Assembly: GCA_964544225.1 (NCBI GenBank)
Contig: CAZIZK010000002.1
Coordinates: forward strand, 2,557-66,556
DNA: 64,000 bases
Reading direction: 5' to 3'
DNA from: an uncultured Candidatus Saccharibacteria bacterium
GTDB taxonomy: Bacteria > Patescibacteriota > Minisyncoccia > Phycocordibacterales > UBA9973
Positions 39,049 to 49,296 of the stretch are shown piece after piece; the stretch's first letter is position 1, and every line of letters starts with the position of its first letter. Position numbers and translations under genes: made by a program. The notes under the pieces were generated by a model. It was not told the origin of the DNA. It ran no database searches and worked only from the letters and a program-made list of their open reading frames with translations.

Positions 39049-39936
39049 ATGAATATTATTAAATATTTCAAATCATCTATTTTTATTTTATTTGTAGTTT
39101 TGTCTACAAATAGTGTTCATGCTGTCGACAGTAACTCTGGCCTGATAGACACTTCTATCTGGTATGCACCGAGTACCTTTACCGAAGGTGACACTATAGA
39201 GATACACACAGCAGTGTGGAATGGCGAGGACTACGCTATAAATGCAAAGGTAGAGTTCCTGGATGTAAATACAATACTAGGTAGCCGTGACATAACTGTG
39301 GCAAAGGGCACATTGTCTGACGTATACGTATCATGGAAGGTTACAGCCGGTGACCACAAGATATCGGCACGCATTGCCTCGGCTTCATCGAGCGTAAATG
39401 GATCAAAGTCGGTTGTATCGATCGTAAACAAAGAAGAGTCTGCCAAAGACTTCTTTGTTCCAAAGAAGCTGGTTGTGAAGAAGGACGGCACAACCGAGGT
39501 GATACCCACTGTAACCTCCAAGGTCAACGAAGTCTTGCCACCAAGTGTCGCCGCACCGATAAATAAAACAGCCAATAGTATCGACAGTTTTAGGCAAGAC
39601 GTTAGTAGCTCACTCTCTGGTTTGAAAGATGAAACAAATACGAAAATAGAGTCTTTTAACAAAACAAAACCAGTTACAGAAAATACAGAATCAAATACAA
39701 AAACTGTTACTAAAAATACTAATAATAAAATCGATACTAAAGCCAAGGAAGTAAATAATACGACCGAAGTAAAGTCGGACCCAATGCCAGGCATCGACAA
39801 GCCTATCGCATATGTCGAGTTGTTCCTATTAACTATCGCACTGTTTATATTCAAAAATAGTATCGTCTTCTACATATTGCTTGCAGTTATTACTTTCTTG
39901 ATATTACGTTTTATATATCGAAAGATCCGTCGATAG
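39049..39936 (+). CDS. Secreted, C-terminally anchored protein of unknown function
   Basis: Signal peptide, Ser/Thr/Asn/Lys-rich middle region, C-terminal TM plus basic tail. Confidence 0.5.
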   Translation: MNIIKYFKSSIFILFVVLSTNSVHAVDSNSGLIDTSIWYAPSTFTEGDTIEIHTAVWNGEDYAINAKVEFLDVNTILGSRDITVAKGTLSDVYVSWKVTAGDHKISARIASASSSVNGSKSVVSIVNKEESAKDFFVPKKLVVKKDGTTEVIPTVTSKVNEVLPPSVAAPINKTANSIDSFRQDVSSSLSGLKDETNTKIESFNKTKPVTENTESNTKTVTKNTNNKIDTKAKEVNNTTEVKSDPMPGIDKPIAYVELFLLTIALFIFKNSIVFYILLAVITFLILRFIYRKIRR

Positions 39937-39975
39937 GTATTTGTACAACAGAACAAACTAGCCTATAATGGCTTT

Positions 39976-40260
39976 ATGCGAAACCCTATTTTCAGGCGTA
40001 TAATACTGGATATTGCTATATTACTATGCATATTTTTGGCACCTTGGTGGCTGACTATACCACTGGCCATTGTAGGTATATTCTTGTTCAGTCATTATAT
40101 CGAGTTCATATTTGCTATGTTATTTATGTATGGTTTGTATGGAGTAGGTGGTGAAGGAATTCTTAGTTCGACACTTTGGTTACCATTGATACTTGTTTTT
40201 ATATACATTACACTTTCATTTATAAAAAAGTATTTAATAATTTATAATAAAAATGTTTAG
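39976..40260 (+). CDS. Small membrane protein (94 aa)
   Basis: Three hydrophobic helices. Overlaps the downstream start by 8 nt. Confidence 0.4.
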   Translation: MRNPIFRRIILDIAILLCIFLAPWWLTIPLAIVGIFLFSHYIEFIFAMLFMYGLYGVGGEGILSSTLWLPLILVFIYITLSFIKKYLIIYNKNV

Positions 40261-41947
40261 ACGACGCCGAAAAAGGAAATACCACGATGTACATCCCGAT
40301 GAAATATTTCTGGATTCAAAGAACTTGCCCGAATTCAATACCCAACAATTCGAAGGTAGGTTAGAAAAGCCAATACCAAAGTACTCGATATTTATCATGG
40401 GTCTATTCTTTATGTTTATTGGAGCAACTTTCTTGTATCAATTGGGTAATTTACAAATTATAAAAGGCTCAACATATTTAAAAAAGAGCGAGAACAATAC
40501 ACTCTCGCAAGAGCCTATATTTGCCGACCGTGGCATGATACTAGATAGGCAAGAGAAGAAGCTGGCTTGGAATGTGTGGTCCGAAGATAATACTAATCGT
40601 TTCGATATACCAACACGCGCATATATTGGAGAGGGTGGCTTCGGACACTTGCTAGGCTATGTATCATACCCGCAGAAGGATTCTTCGGGTAATTATTGGC
40701 AAAGTTCGTTCATAGGTAAAGATGGCGTAGAGAAGGTGTATAACGACAGGCTCAAGGGTGAAAATGGTGTTCGTATTACCGAGGTAGATGTGAAGGACCA
40801 GGTCCAGTCCGAGAACATGATCACCCCTCCAAAGCATGGCGATAATATGGTGTTGGCAATAGATATGGGTGTACAAGGTCAGTTGTATAAATCTATTGTA
40901 AATATGGCCAATAGTGTCGGATTTTCCGGAGGGGCTGGGGTGGTGATGGATATAAAAAATGGTGAACTACTAGCTATTACCAGCTATCCCGAATATAATC
41001 CCAACATTCTTTCAAAGGGTGACGACACAGCTATCATCAAAGGGTATCTTGGTGATAAAAGAAAAGTATTTTTAAACAGGGCAATAGGGGGGTTATATAG
41101 CCCTGGTTCTATAGTAAAGCCTTTTGTGGGTTATGGGGCATTGGTAGAGGGTGTTATTAGCCCATTAACAAATATTCTTTCGAATGGAAAATTAGAAATA
41201 CCAAATCCATATTTCCCAAACAAGAAGTCGGTATTCAATGACCACGGAGTATTTGGCTATGTAGATATGCGTGAAGCTATCGCTGTATCTTCGGACGTGT
41301 ATTTCTACCAGATAGGTGGTGGTTATCAAAGTCAGAAGGGTCTAGGTATTATAAATATCGACAAGTATGCCAACATATTTGGTATTAGCAAAAAGACCGG
41401 CATTGATCTACTTGGTGAAAAGGAGGGCAATATACCAACACCCGAGTGGAAAGCAAAGACATTCAAGGGTGACGCATGGCGTGTGGGTGACACATACAAC
41501 ACATCGATAGGCCAATACGGCTTCCAGGTTACTCCTGTGCAGATGGTACGCGCAGTTTCGGCTATTGCTACATATGGCACTATGCCTACACCGCATATAT
41601 TACTCGGTGATAAAAATTTTGAATCAAAAGTTGAAAAGATCAATATTGATAATGAAAAGATGAAAGTAATCCAAGAGGGTATGCGCCAGGCTGTGACCAG
41701 TGGTACAGCACAAGCCCTCAATATTCCAGGTGTAGCTGTGGCTGCCAAGTCTGGTACTGCACAGATTGGGTTGGGAAATACTAATACCAACTCGTGGATA
41801 ATTGGGTACTTCCCATATGACAATCCAAAGTACGCTTTTGCTGTATTGATGGAGCGTGGTCCAAAGGCGGCCTCTGGTAACGCTACTCGTGTCATGAGCG
41901 AGGTTGTGGATTATATCAAACTCTACCGCCCTGAATACCTACAATAG
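40253..41947 (+). CDS. mrdA: Penicillin-binding protein 2-type transpeptidase
   Basis: N-terminal TM, SxxK (SPGSIVKP), SxN/SSD and KSGT (AKSGTAQ) motifs. 564 aa. Confidence 0.8.
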   Translation: MFRRRRKRKYHDVHPDEIFLDSKNLPEFNTQQFEGRLEKPIPKYSIFIMGLFFMFIGATFLYQLGNLQIIKGSTYLKKSENNTLSQEPIFADRGMILDRQEKKLAWNVWSEDNTNRFDIPTRAYIGEGGFGHLLGYVSYPQKDSSGNYWQSSFIGKDGVEKVYNDRLKGENGVRITEVDVKDQVQSENMITPPKHGDNMVLAIDMGVQGQLYKSIVNMANSVGFSGGAGVVMDIKNGELLAITSYPEYNPNILSKGDDTAIIKGYLGDKRKVFLNRAIGGLYSPGSIVKPFVGYGALVEGVISPLTNILSNGKLEIPNPYFPNKKSVFNDHGVFGYVDMREAIAVSSDVYFYQIGGGYQSQKGLGIINIDKYANIFGISKKTGIDLLGEKEGNIPTPEWKAKTFKGDAWRVGDTYNTSIGQYGFQVTPVQMVRAVSAIATYGTMPTPHILLGDKNFESKVEKINIDNEKMKVIQEGMRQAVTSGTAQALNIPGVAVAAKSGTAQIGLGNTNTNSWIIGYFPYDNPKYAFAVLMERGPKAASGNATRVMSEVVDYIKLYRPEYLQ

Positions 41948-41948
41948 C

Positions 41949-41977
41949 TTGCCTTATTGCCTTGAAATCTGTATAAT
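41949..41977 (+). promoter_or_regulatory. Candidate sigma-70 promoter for greA (TTGCCT-17-TATAAT)
   Basis: -35 at 41949-41954, 17-nt spacer, -10 at 41972-41977. Lies 58 nt upstream of the greA ATG. Confidence 0.4.
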
Positions 41978-42034
41978 TGTTTCTTATATAAAGTAATCGA
42001 GTATTTGGCCTTTTAGCCTTATGCTATATACAGA

Positions 42035-42496
42035 ATGGACACAGAATACATAACAGAAGAGAAAAAGAAGGCCCTCATTGAAGAGGTCAATTTTTTAAAG
42101 AGTAACCGCCGAAAAGAGATATTAGAGGCTCTTGAATATGCAAAAAGTTTGGGTGATTTGTCTGAAAATGCTGAATATCACCAAGCCCGTGAAGATCAAG
42201 GTAAATTAGAAGACCGTATCAATCAGATCGAGTACATGTTGCAGTCTGCAATAGTTGTAAAGAAGCACCACAGTACAAAGGTAGAAATAGGTACAACAAT
42301 AAAGGTAAAAAAGGAGGGTTCAAAAGAATCTATAACTTATAACATAGTTGGTGCTGAAGAAGCCGACATGGCAAGTGGCAAGATATCGAACCGCTCACCA
42401 CTGGGTGCTGCACTATTTGGCAAGTCAAAGGGCGACAGTGTTTCTATCACTACTCCAAAAGGTCTGGTCAAATACACCATTGTTGAGATACAATAG
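42035..42496 (+). CDS. greA: Transcription elongation factor GreA
   Basis: Coiled-coil N-terminus with the conserved acidic tip, FKBP-like C-terminal domain. 153 aa. Confidence 0.9.
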   Translation: MDTEYITEEKKKALIEEVNFLKSNRRKEILEALEYAKSLGDLSENAEYHQAREDQGKLEDRINQIEYMLQSAIVVKKHHSTKVEIGTTIKVKKEGSKESITYNIVGAEEADMASGKISNRSPLGAALFGKSKGDSVSITTPKGLVKYTIVEIQ

Positions 42497-42502
42497 TACT
42501 AT

Positions 42503-43990
42503 ATGGCTACACTAGCAGAATTAAGAAATGTTCGCATAGAAAAATTGAATAAATTAAAGGAAGCTGGTATGAACCCATACCCGGCGAAAGTTTTGCGTGA
42601 TTACTCGCTTGCATATGTAAAAGACAATTTTGAAAGTTTAGAAAAGGAGGGCAAGAGTGTATCACTAGCAGGCCGTGTTATGGTGACTCGTGGCCAAGGT
42701 GCAATATTGTTCATCGTACTCCAAGACGGTGCAACAAAGTTCCAATCAGTATTAAAGAAGGACGAGTTACCCGAAGATGTATTCAACTTGTTTGTAGACA
42801 CAGTAGACAGTGGCGACTTTATATCAGTTACAGGAACACTGTTCGTAACTGTGCGTGGTGAACAAAGTATATTGATAAAGGATTGGGCTATGGCTACAAA
42901 GTCACTATTGCCACTTCCTGACAAATGGCACGGTCTACAAGATGTGGAGGAGACATACCGAAAGAGGTACCTAGATATTATCATGGACCCTGAAGTCTAC
43001 AACCGATTCGCTATCCGCTCAAAGGTAGTTACAGCTATTCGTGCATATCTAGATGGAAAGAATTTTATGGAAGTAGAAACTCCAATACTTCAGAACCAAG
43101 CCGGTGGTGCTATGGCGAAAGTGTTCGATACACACCACAATGATTTCGACATACCTATGGTATTGCGTATAGCACTGGAGCTCGAGCACAAGATACTCAT
43201 GTCTGCAGGCTACGAGCGTGTGTACGAAATAGGCAAGAACTTCCGCAACGAAGGTTCCGACCCAACACATATCCAAGAGTTCACAATGCTAGAATGGTAT
43301 GCTGCATACCAGACTCTGGAAACAAATATAGCTTGGACTGAAGAGATGATCAAATCTATTGCATTACAAGTAACAGGCAAGAGTGCGTTTACTGTATATG
43401 ACAAAGATGGCAATAGCACAGAAGTAGACTTTGCAAAATCTTGGCCACAAATATCTTTCCGCGATTTGGTAATGGATAATGCAGGTATCGATATCACAAC
43501 TATATCTATCGAAGATGCAAGGAGGGAGGCAGTAAAGTGGGGCATGCCCGAGGATGAAGCAGGTAAAACTGGCCGAGGCAACCTACTAGATCATATTTAT
43601 AAAAAGTGTGCTCGATCAAAGATAATCAACCCAACATTTGTTACTGACTTTCCTGGTGATCTGAAGCCACTGGCTCAGCAGAACGATGATGGTACTGCAC
43701 GTGTGGCACAGCTAGTAATAGCTGGCGCTGAGATAACGAATCAATACGCAGAACTTGTGGACCCAATACAAGAACGTGCATTGTTAGAAGCACAAGCCGG
43801 TGCAAAGGCTGGTGGTGATGAAGAAGCCATGGATATCGATGAGAGGTTCCTAACTGCTATGGAACACGGTATGCCACCTATGACAGGTTTCGGTATGGGT
43901 ATCGATAGACTAGTAGCGATACTTACCGAGCAGAAGAACTTGCGTGATGTAATATTCTTCCCGATACTACGCCCAAAGCAAGAGGAATAG
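42503..43990 (+). CDS. lysS: Lysyl-tRNA synthetase (class II)
   Basis: OB-fold anticodon-binding N-terminus, class II motifs 1-3 (FRNEG, GMGIDRLV). 495 aa. Confidence 0.95.
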   Translation: MATLAELRNVRIEKLNKLKEAGMNPYPAKVLRDYSLAYVKDNFESLEKEGKSVSLAGRVMVTRGQGAILFIVLQDGATKFQSVLKKDELPEDVFNLFVDTVDSGDFISVTGTLFVTVRGEQSILIKDWAMATKSLLPLPDKWHGLQDVEETYRKRYLDIIMDPEVYNRFAIRSKVVTAIRAYLDGKNFMEVETPILQNQAGGAMAKVFDTHHNDFDIPMVLRIALELEHKILMSAGYERVYEIGKNFRNEGSDPTHIQEFTMLEWYAAYQTLETNIAWTEEMIKSIALQVTGKSAFTVYDKDGNSTEVDFAKSWPQISFRDLVMDNAGIDITTISIEDARREAVKWGMPEDEAGKTGRGNLLDHIYKKCARSKIINPTFVTDFPGDLKPLAQQNDDGTARVAQLVIAGAEITNQYAELVDPIQERALLEAQAGAKAGGDEEAMDIDERFLTAMEHGMPPMTGFGMGIDRLVAILTEQKNLRDVIFFPILRPKQEE

Positions 43991-44044
43991 TTCGACAAAC
44001 TCACTACAAGTAATTTTAATAATTAGGCAAAATTAAAACCCGTT

Positions 44045-44077
44045 ACACAATTGTGCTCGGGTTTTTTAATAAGGGTG
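44045..44077 (+). terminator. Rho-independent terminator after lysS
   Basis: AAACCCG..CACAATTGTG..CGGGTTT followed by T6. Confidence 0.5.
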
Positions 44078-44089
44078 GTGATAGTGATT

Positions 44090-44359
44090 CTAAAAATCGG
44101 GCTCGAATTGAATCGAGGATAGTATCTCAGTTTGAGTAATAGTTTCGTAATATATTATACCCCATACTTTTCTCCAAGTGATAGATGCCCTTTCTTTTTT
44201 AACATCTTCTGCTTTTTGTAAAGCTGAAATTATAACTATTTCTATATCCTCTTTTGGAACACGTTCTTCTTTGCAAATTCTGCTGATATTCCTTGTAAAA
44301 ATTTTACGTAATTTACGAGGAATTAAAGAAAATCTTTTTTCTTTAGGTATTTTTTTCAT
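44090..44359 (-). CDS. Hypothetical 89-aa basic protein
   Basis: ORF on the opposite strand between lysS and mraZ. No motif. Confidence 0.3.
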   Translation of the reverse strand: MKKIPKEKRFSLIPRKLRKIFTRNISRICKEERVPKEDIEIVIISALQKAEDVKKERASITWRKVWGIIYYETITQTEILSSIQFEPDF

Positions 44360-44447
44360 CTGTATTTCTTATTTGTTTAATTACAATAGTACAACAAACA
44401 CTTCTCAATGTCCATAGGATAAATTTTTTATAGTTATCCACAGAAAT

Positions 44448-44515
44448 GGGGTGGGAGAGATGTTTGTATTGTGGGATAAAGTGGAGTATAATTAAATACA
44501 GTGGGATGAAGTGGG
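44448..44515 (+). promoter_or_regulatory. mraZ promoter with MraZ-box direct repeats (GTGGG at 10-bp phasing overlapping the -10 TATAAT)
   Basis: GTGGG at 44451, 44471, 44501 and 44511, GTGGA at 44481, TATAAT at 44487-44492. Lies 60 nt upstream of mraZ. Confidence 0.5.
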
Positions 44516-44551
44516 AAATGTTTTTAACTCTCATTTTATCCATAAATTACA

Positions 44552-44986
44552 ATGCTTATCGGCGAATACACACATACATTAGATGAAAAGAACAGGATGT
44601 CACTTCCTGTAAAATTCCGCAAAGAAATGGGGAAGAGTGTTGTAGTCGCACCAGGTCTTGATAACTGTCTATCTATATTTACTGAAAAGGAGTGGAGCAA
44701 GATCTCTGACAAGCTGGCTGACAGCTCTATGCTACAAACTGACAATCGTAATTTCTCTCGCTTTATGTTCGGGCAAGCTGTCGATACTGAAGTAGATGCA
44801 AGTGGCCGTATCCTTATCCCTGAGCACCTTCGCCGCCGTTCCAAGCTGGGTTCCAAAGTTGTCGTTATCGGAGTTCAGAATCGCGCAGAAATCTGGAACG
44901 AGGCAGCATGGAATACATACAAGAAGTCAATCGACACACAGGCCGACGCCCTCGCTGAGAAATTGGGCAGTATTGGAGTTCTTTAA
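44552..44986 (+). CDS. mraZ: Transcriptional regulator MraZ
   Basis: Two DXXXR-containing MraZ repeats. 144 aa. First gene of the dcw cluster. Confidence 0.9.
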   Translation: MLIGEYTHTLDEKNRMSLPVKFRKEMGKSVVVAPGLDNCLSIFTEKEWSKISDKLADSSMLQTDNRNFSRFMFGQAVDTEVDASGRILIPEHLRRRSKLGSKVVVIGVQNRAEIWNEAAWNTYKKSIDTQADALAEKLGSIGVL

Positions 44987-44987
44987 T

Positions 44988-45881
44988 ATGAAGCATATAC
45001 CCGTTCTACTTTCAGAATCTATCGACGCTTTGAACCTCAAAGTCGGCGACATAATGCTAGATGGAACACTAGGTGGTGGAGGCCATATTGCCGAGGCTAT
45101 AAAGCGTTTCGGTTCCGGCATAAAGGTGATCGGCCTTGATATGGATGGTGATGCGATAGGCCGTGCAAATGAAGCTCTCTCGGGCCTAAAGCATGACACA
45201 GCATTTGTAATAGCGAACTTCCAAGATACAAGCAAAGTTCTTGCAAGTTTGAACATTACACATGTGGACGCAGTTCTACTTGACCTAGGCATTAGCTCAT
45301 TTCAGCTCGAGGTTGCGGGCCGAGGATTCTCATTTATGCGTGATGAGCCATTGCTCATGACAATGAAGAAGGACCCAACTGATATGGATGTAACCGCGAT
45401 GGATATAGTAAATAGTTGGGAGGAAGAAACTATTGCAGATATTATCTATGGGTTCGGCGAAGAGAGATATTCCAGAAAAATTGCAAAGGCAATAGTAGAA
45501 AGGAGGAAGGAGAAGAAGTTCGAAACCACCAAGGACCTGGCTGATGTGATACAAGCTACAGTGGGTAAGGCATACGCAAGGATGAAGATCCACCCAGCTA
45601 CAAAGACTTTCCAGGCATTGCGTATTGCAGTAAATACCGAACTGACAAATGTAGAGAACGCTATCCCAGATATATTTGATAAATTGCATACCGGTGGACG
45701 CATGGCGATCATATCATTCCACAGTTTGGAGGACCGGATAGTCAAGAAAGCGTTCAAGAAGTTAGCAGATGAGGGTAAAGCAAAGATGATAACAAAGAAG
45801 CCGATAGTCCCAAGTATAAATGAAGTAAAGGAAAACCCACGTTCACGAAGTTCAAAATTAAGAGTAATAGAAAAATTATAA
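44988..45881 (+). CDS. rsmH: 16S rRNA (cytosine1402-N4)-methyltransferase
   Basis: MKHIPVLL start, SAM motif DGTLGGGGH. The start is set at 44988, because the ORF-track start of 44796 overlaps mraZ. Confidence 0.9.
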   Translation: MKHIPVLLSESIDALNLKVGDIMLDGTLGGGGHIAEAIKRFGSGIKVIGLDMDGDAIGRANEALSGLKHDTAFVIANFQDTSKVLASLNITHVDAVLLDLGISSFQLEVAGRGFSFMRDEPLLMTMKKDPTDMDVTAMDIVNSWEEETIADIIYGFGEERYSRKIAKAIVERRKEKKFETTKDLADVIQATVGKAYARMKIHPATKTFQALRIAVNTELTNVENAIPDIFDKLHTGGRMAIISFHSLEDRIVKKAFKKLADEGKAKMITKKPIVPSINEVKENPRSRSSKLRVIEKL

Positions 45882-45885
45882 TAAT

Positions 45886-46206
45886 ATGAAAATCAAAACA
45901 ATAACACAACAAATACCAAGTGATGATAACTCAAGGAAGCAGATGTTCCGCATCCTTGTATCAACACTTGGTGTATTGTGCCTGTGTTATGTGTATTTGA
46001 TAGGCTCTATTACTTTCAATGTTTTGGCACGCAAGACTCTAGAGGCCAATGCCCGTGTCGTGTCAGGCAATGTATCACAATTAGAACTACAGTATATTGC
46101 ATTGTCTAACTCTATCAACACTTCTTATGGACACAGCCTAGGCTATGTAGAGGCAAGTGGAACAATATTTGCTAGTCGCGACAAAGCAACTGTAGCTATG
46201 AAATAA
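45886..46206 (+). CDS. FtsL-like small bitopic cell-division protein
   Basis: 106 aa with a single TM. Canonical position between rsmH and ftsI. Confidence 0.5.
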   Translation: MKIKTITQQIPSDDNSRKQMFRILVSTLGVLCLCYVYLIGSITFNVLARKTLEANARVVSGNVSQLELQYIALSNSINTSYGHSLGYVEASGTIFASRDKATVAMK

Positions 46207-46209
46207 TAT

Positions 46210-47919
46210 ATGGATTTATCATCGTTCCACTCACGCATAAGGATATTGGCCACATGCGTTTTTTTATTTGCATGTATATTGGTGTTGAAGTTATTCTTCA
46301 TATCTGTCATACACAAGAACGACTATAGTGAACGTGCCGACAGGCAGTACGCTACACCAAGCGGTGACATGTTCAACCGTGGTGACATATTCCTGACAAA
46401 ACATGATGGCACTGTGGTGTCGGGTGGTACTGTTATATCAGGTTTTAAAGTAGCAATCAATAACAAGAATATTGTTGACCCAGAAGCTTTATATCAATCT
46501 CTGAGCCCATACCTAGCTATGACTCATGATGAATTTATAACCCGCGCAAGTAAGAAGAACGATCCATATGAAGAAGTAATATTTAAAATCACAAAGGAAC
46601 AAGCAGACCAAATATCAGCATTGAAATTGCCAGGTGTATCTATATACAAACAAAAGTGGCGCTTCTATCCAGGTGGATCGATGGGTGCACATGCACTGGG
46701 CTTTGTATCTTTCAAGGGTGACAAGCGTGTGGGTCAGTATGGGTTAGAGAAATTCTACAACAGCACTTTGTCCAAGCCCGACGATGGAGCTTATGTAAAC
46801 TTCTTTGCTGAAGTGTTCTCCAACATTGGCAAGAGCTTCTCCAACGTGCGCGAGGGTGACATTGTGACAAGTATCGACCCCACAACTCAGAATACTTTGG
46901 AGGAACAGCTACGCGATGCAATGTCCAAGTGGCACGGTGACACTATTGGTGGCATAATCATGGATCCATATACTGGTGAGATCTATGCCATGTCTACCAT
47001 GCCAGACTTTGACTTGAATGATTTTGGTAAAGTAAAAGACCCTCGGATGTACGGTAACGTAATAGTAGAAGGTGTTTATGAATTTGGTTCAGTTATCAAG
47101 CCATTGGTTGTTGCAGCGGCACTGGACAAAGGTGTTATAACTCCCGAGACAACATATCTAGATAAAGGTTCAGTTACTGTAAACAAACAGCAGATATACA
47201 ACTTCGACAAGAAGGCGCGTGGTGTTGCCAGTATGCAAACAGTGCTAGACCAATCGCTAAACACAGGTATGGTATTTATCGAGAACAGGCTAGGGCATGA
47301 GACATTTCGTAATTATATGAAGGCATATGGTATAGGTGAGAAGACGGGTATAGACTTACCGAACGAAACTTCCGGCCTAATACGCAACCTAGACAGCCCT
47401 CGTGATGTGGAATACGCTACTGCATCTTTCGGGCAGGGTATTGCAATGACACCTATCGAGGCTATACGAGCATTTGCATCATTGGCCAATGGTGGGACCC
47501 TTGTCACACCACACCTCGTGCGCGAGATACGCTATGACGATGGCACAGTAAAGAAGCTCGACTTCCCACCGGCTAAAACTGGCCTATTGAGCAAAGAAGC
47601 TACCAATACAGCATCTCGTATGTTGGTGCACGTATTCGACAAGTCGTATGGTGGTGGGGCATACAAGTTCGAGCATTATACTGTCGCCACAAAGACTGGT
47701 ACTGCGCAAGTGGCGCGTGACGATGGAAAAGGGTATTATGAAGACCAGCATATGCACTCATTTTTTGGATATTTCCCTGCATATGAGCCAAGATTTATTG
47801 TATTTCTATTTATAAAGAATCCAAAGGGTGTCCAATACGCGGCACAATCACTGATACCACCATTTGTAAATATTACAAAATTCTTGATCAATTATTACAA
47901 TATTCCACCAGATAGATAA
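46210..47919 (+). CDS. ftsI: Peptidoglycan D,D-transpeptidase FtsI (PBP3-type)
   Basis: N-terminal TM, SxxK (GSVIKP), SxN, KTGT (TKTGTAQ). In the dcw cluster. 569 aa. Confidence 0.85.
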   Translation: MDLSSFHSRIRILATCVFLFACILVLKLFFISVIHKNDYSERADRQYATPSGDMFNRGDIFLTKHDGTVVSGGTVISGFKVAINNKNIVDPEALYQSLSPYLAMTHDEFITRASKKNDPYEEVIFKITKEQADQISALKLPGVSIYKQKWRFYPGGSMGAHALGFVSFKGDKRVGQYGLEKFYNSTLSKPDDGAYVNFFAEVFSNIGKSFSNVREGDIVTSIDPTTQNTLEEQLRDAMSKWHGDTIGGIIMDPYTGEIYAMSTMPDFDLNDFGKVKDPRMYGNVIVEGVYEFGSVIKPLVVAAALDKGVITPETTYLDKGSVTVNKQQIYNFDKKARGVASMQTVLDQSLNTGMVFIENRLGHETFRNYMKAYGIGEKTGIDLPNETSGLIRNLDSPRDVEYATASFGQGIAMTPIEAIRAFASLANGGTLVTPHLVREIRYDDGTVKKLDFPPAKTGLLSKEATNTASRMLVHVFDKSYGGGAYKFEHYTVATKTGTAQVARDDGKGYYEDQHMHSFFGYFPAYEPRFIVFLFIKNPKGVQYAAQSLIPPFVNITKFLINYYNIPPDR

Positions 47920-47923
47920 ATTT

Positions 47924-49231
47924 ATGAAAAGCTTAAAACAAAATTTCAAAAATATAATAGTTCGTATCATTACTTGGCAAGCCAAGATGGTATTAAAAAG
48001 ATACAATCCAAAGATAGTAGCTATTACTGGATCTGTGGGCAAGACTTCTACAAAGGATGCTGTGTATACCGTATTGTCACATTTCTACACAGTGCGTAAG
48101 AGTGAAAAGAGCTTCAATAGCGAGATAGGCCTACCCTTGACCATACTTGGCTTTCCAAATGGGTGGAGCAATCCATTTGTATGGATCGACAATATTTTCC
48201 GAGGATTTTTGCTTTTGTTATGGAAACATGAATATCCAGAATACCTGGTATTGGAAATAGGTGCAGGTAAGCCAAACGATATTAAAAGTGTATCAAAGTG
48301 GCTTAAAACCGACTTTGTAATACTCACACGCTTCCCAGATATGCCAGTGCATGTAGAGTTCTTTAAAGACAAGGATCATGTAATAGAGGAGAAGACATCT
48401 CTTGTGTACTCACTAAAGAAGGATGGAGTATTGATACTCAATCACGATGATAAAGAAGTCTACAATGTTCACCACAAGGTGAAGAACCGATCTGTATCAT
48501 TTGGCTTCAATGAACATGCTACATATAAAGCTTCGTATCCGAATACATCTGTACACAGTGCGGGCACTCCATCAGTAACACTGGGTATGAACTTCAAGCT
48601 CGAGTATGGTGGCAATACTTTCCCTGTATCGATGGACCATATCATAGGTATGAATCATGTATATTCAGGACTTGCCGCTATAGCTATCGCCATTGAAAGT
48701 GGGGCAGATATACTAGCATCAGTGAGTGCTATATCTGAATACCGTACTCCACCAGGCCGACTGTCTGTTATCGAAGGTGCTAACAATAGTACATTGATTG
48801 ATGATACATACAATTCATCGCCAGTAGCTACAGAAGCCGCATTGGAAGTATTGAAGTCATTGGAGGGGAAGAGGAAGATTGCGGTCCTTGGTGACATGCT
48901 CGAGCTTGGTAAATTGACCGAAGAAGCTCATAAAAATATTGGAAAGATGGTAGCCGGTATCGCTGACATATTGATAGTGGTAGGTCCACGTGCACGGTTC
49001 ATAGCCGAAGGTGCCAATGATGATGGATTCCCGATAAAGGAGACTTATGCATTCGACAGCTCTGTGACTTGTGGTAAGTTCCTGTCGGCTATGATCGAAC
49101 CATCTGATGTGATACTTATGAAAGGGTCCCAAGGTACCCGCATGGAAAAAGCCGTAAAAATGATAATGGCAAACCCCGACGACGCCCCGAAGCTTTTGTG
49201 CAGGCAAGAGAAGGAATGGTTGAAAAAGTAA
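47924..49231 (+). CDS. murF: UDP-N-acetylmuramoyl-tripeptide--D-alanyl-D-alanine ligase
   Basis: Mur ligase P-loop IAITGSVGKTSTK. 435 aa. Confidence 0.9.
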   Translation: MKSLKQNFKNIIVRIITWQAKMVLKRYNPKIVAITGSVGKTSTKDAVYTVLSHFYTVRKSEKSFNSEIGLPLTILGFPNGWSNPFVWIDNIFRGFLLLLWKHEYPEYLVLEIGAGKPNDIKSVSKWLKTDFVILTRFPDMPVHVEFFKDKDHVIEEKTSLVYSLKKDGVLILNHDDKEVYNVHHKVKNRSVSFGFNEHATYKASYPNTSVHSAGTPSVTLGMNFKLEYGGNTFPVSMDHIIGMNHVYSGLAAIAIAIESGADILASVSAISEYRTPPGRLSVIEGANNSTLIDDTYNSSPVATEAALEVLKSLEGKRKIAVLGDMLELGKLTEEAHKNIGKMVAGIADILIVVGPRARFIAEGANDDGFPIKETYAFDSSVTCGKFLSAMIEPSDVILMKGSQGTRMEKAVKMIMANPDDAPKLLCRQEKEWLKK

Positions 49232-49296
49232 TTTGTAAAAGTTGATTTTTTATGGTATTTTAGTTTTATATTCGGCATGCTTTTTGTGTGCCCAAT

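Noticed and set aside
44796-44987. ORF-track start of rsmH at 44796, and similarly 60415 for GatB/YqeY, 25703 for dnaX, 29195 for the AI-2E transporter and 56854 for the glycine-rich peptide
   Set aside because: These upstream extensions overlap the preceding gene or tRNA, or lie upstream of the predicted transcription start. The conserved N-terminal motifs begin at the internal Met chosen in the feature table.
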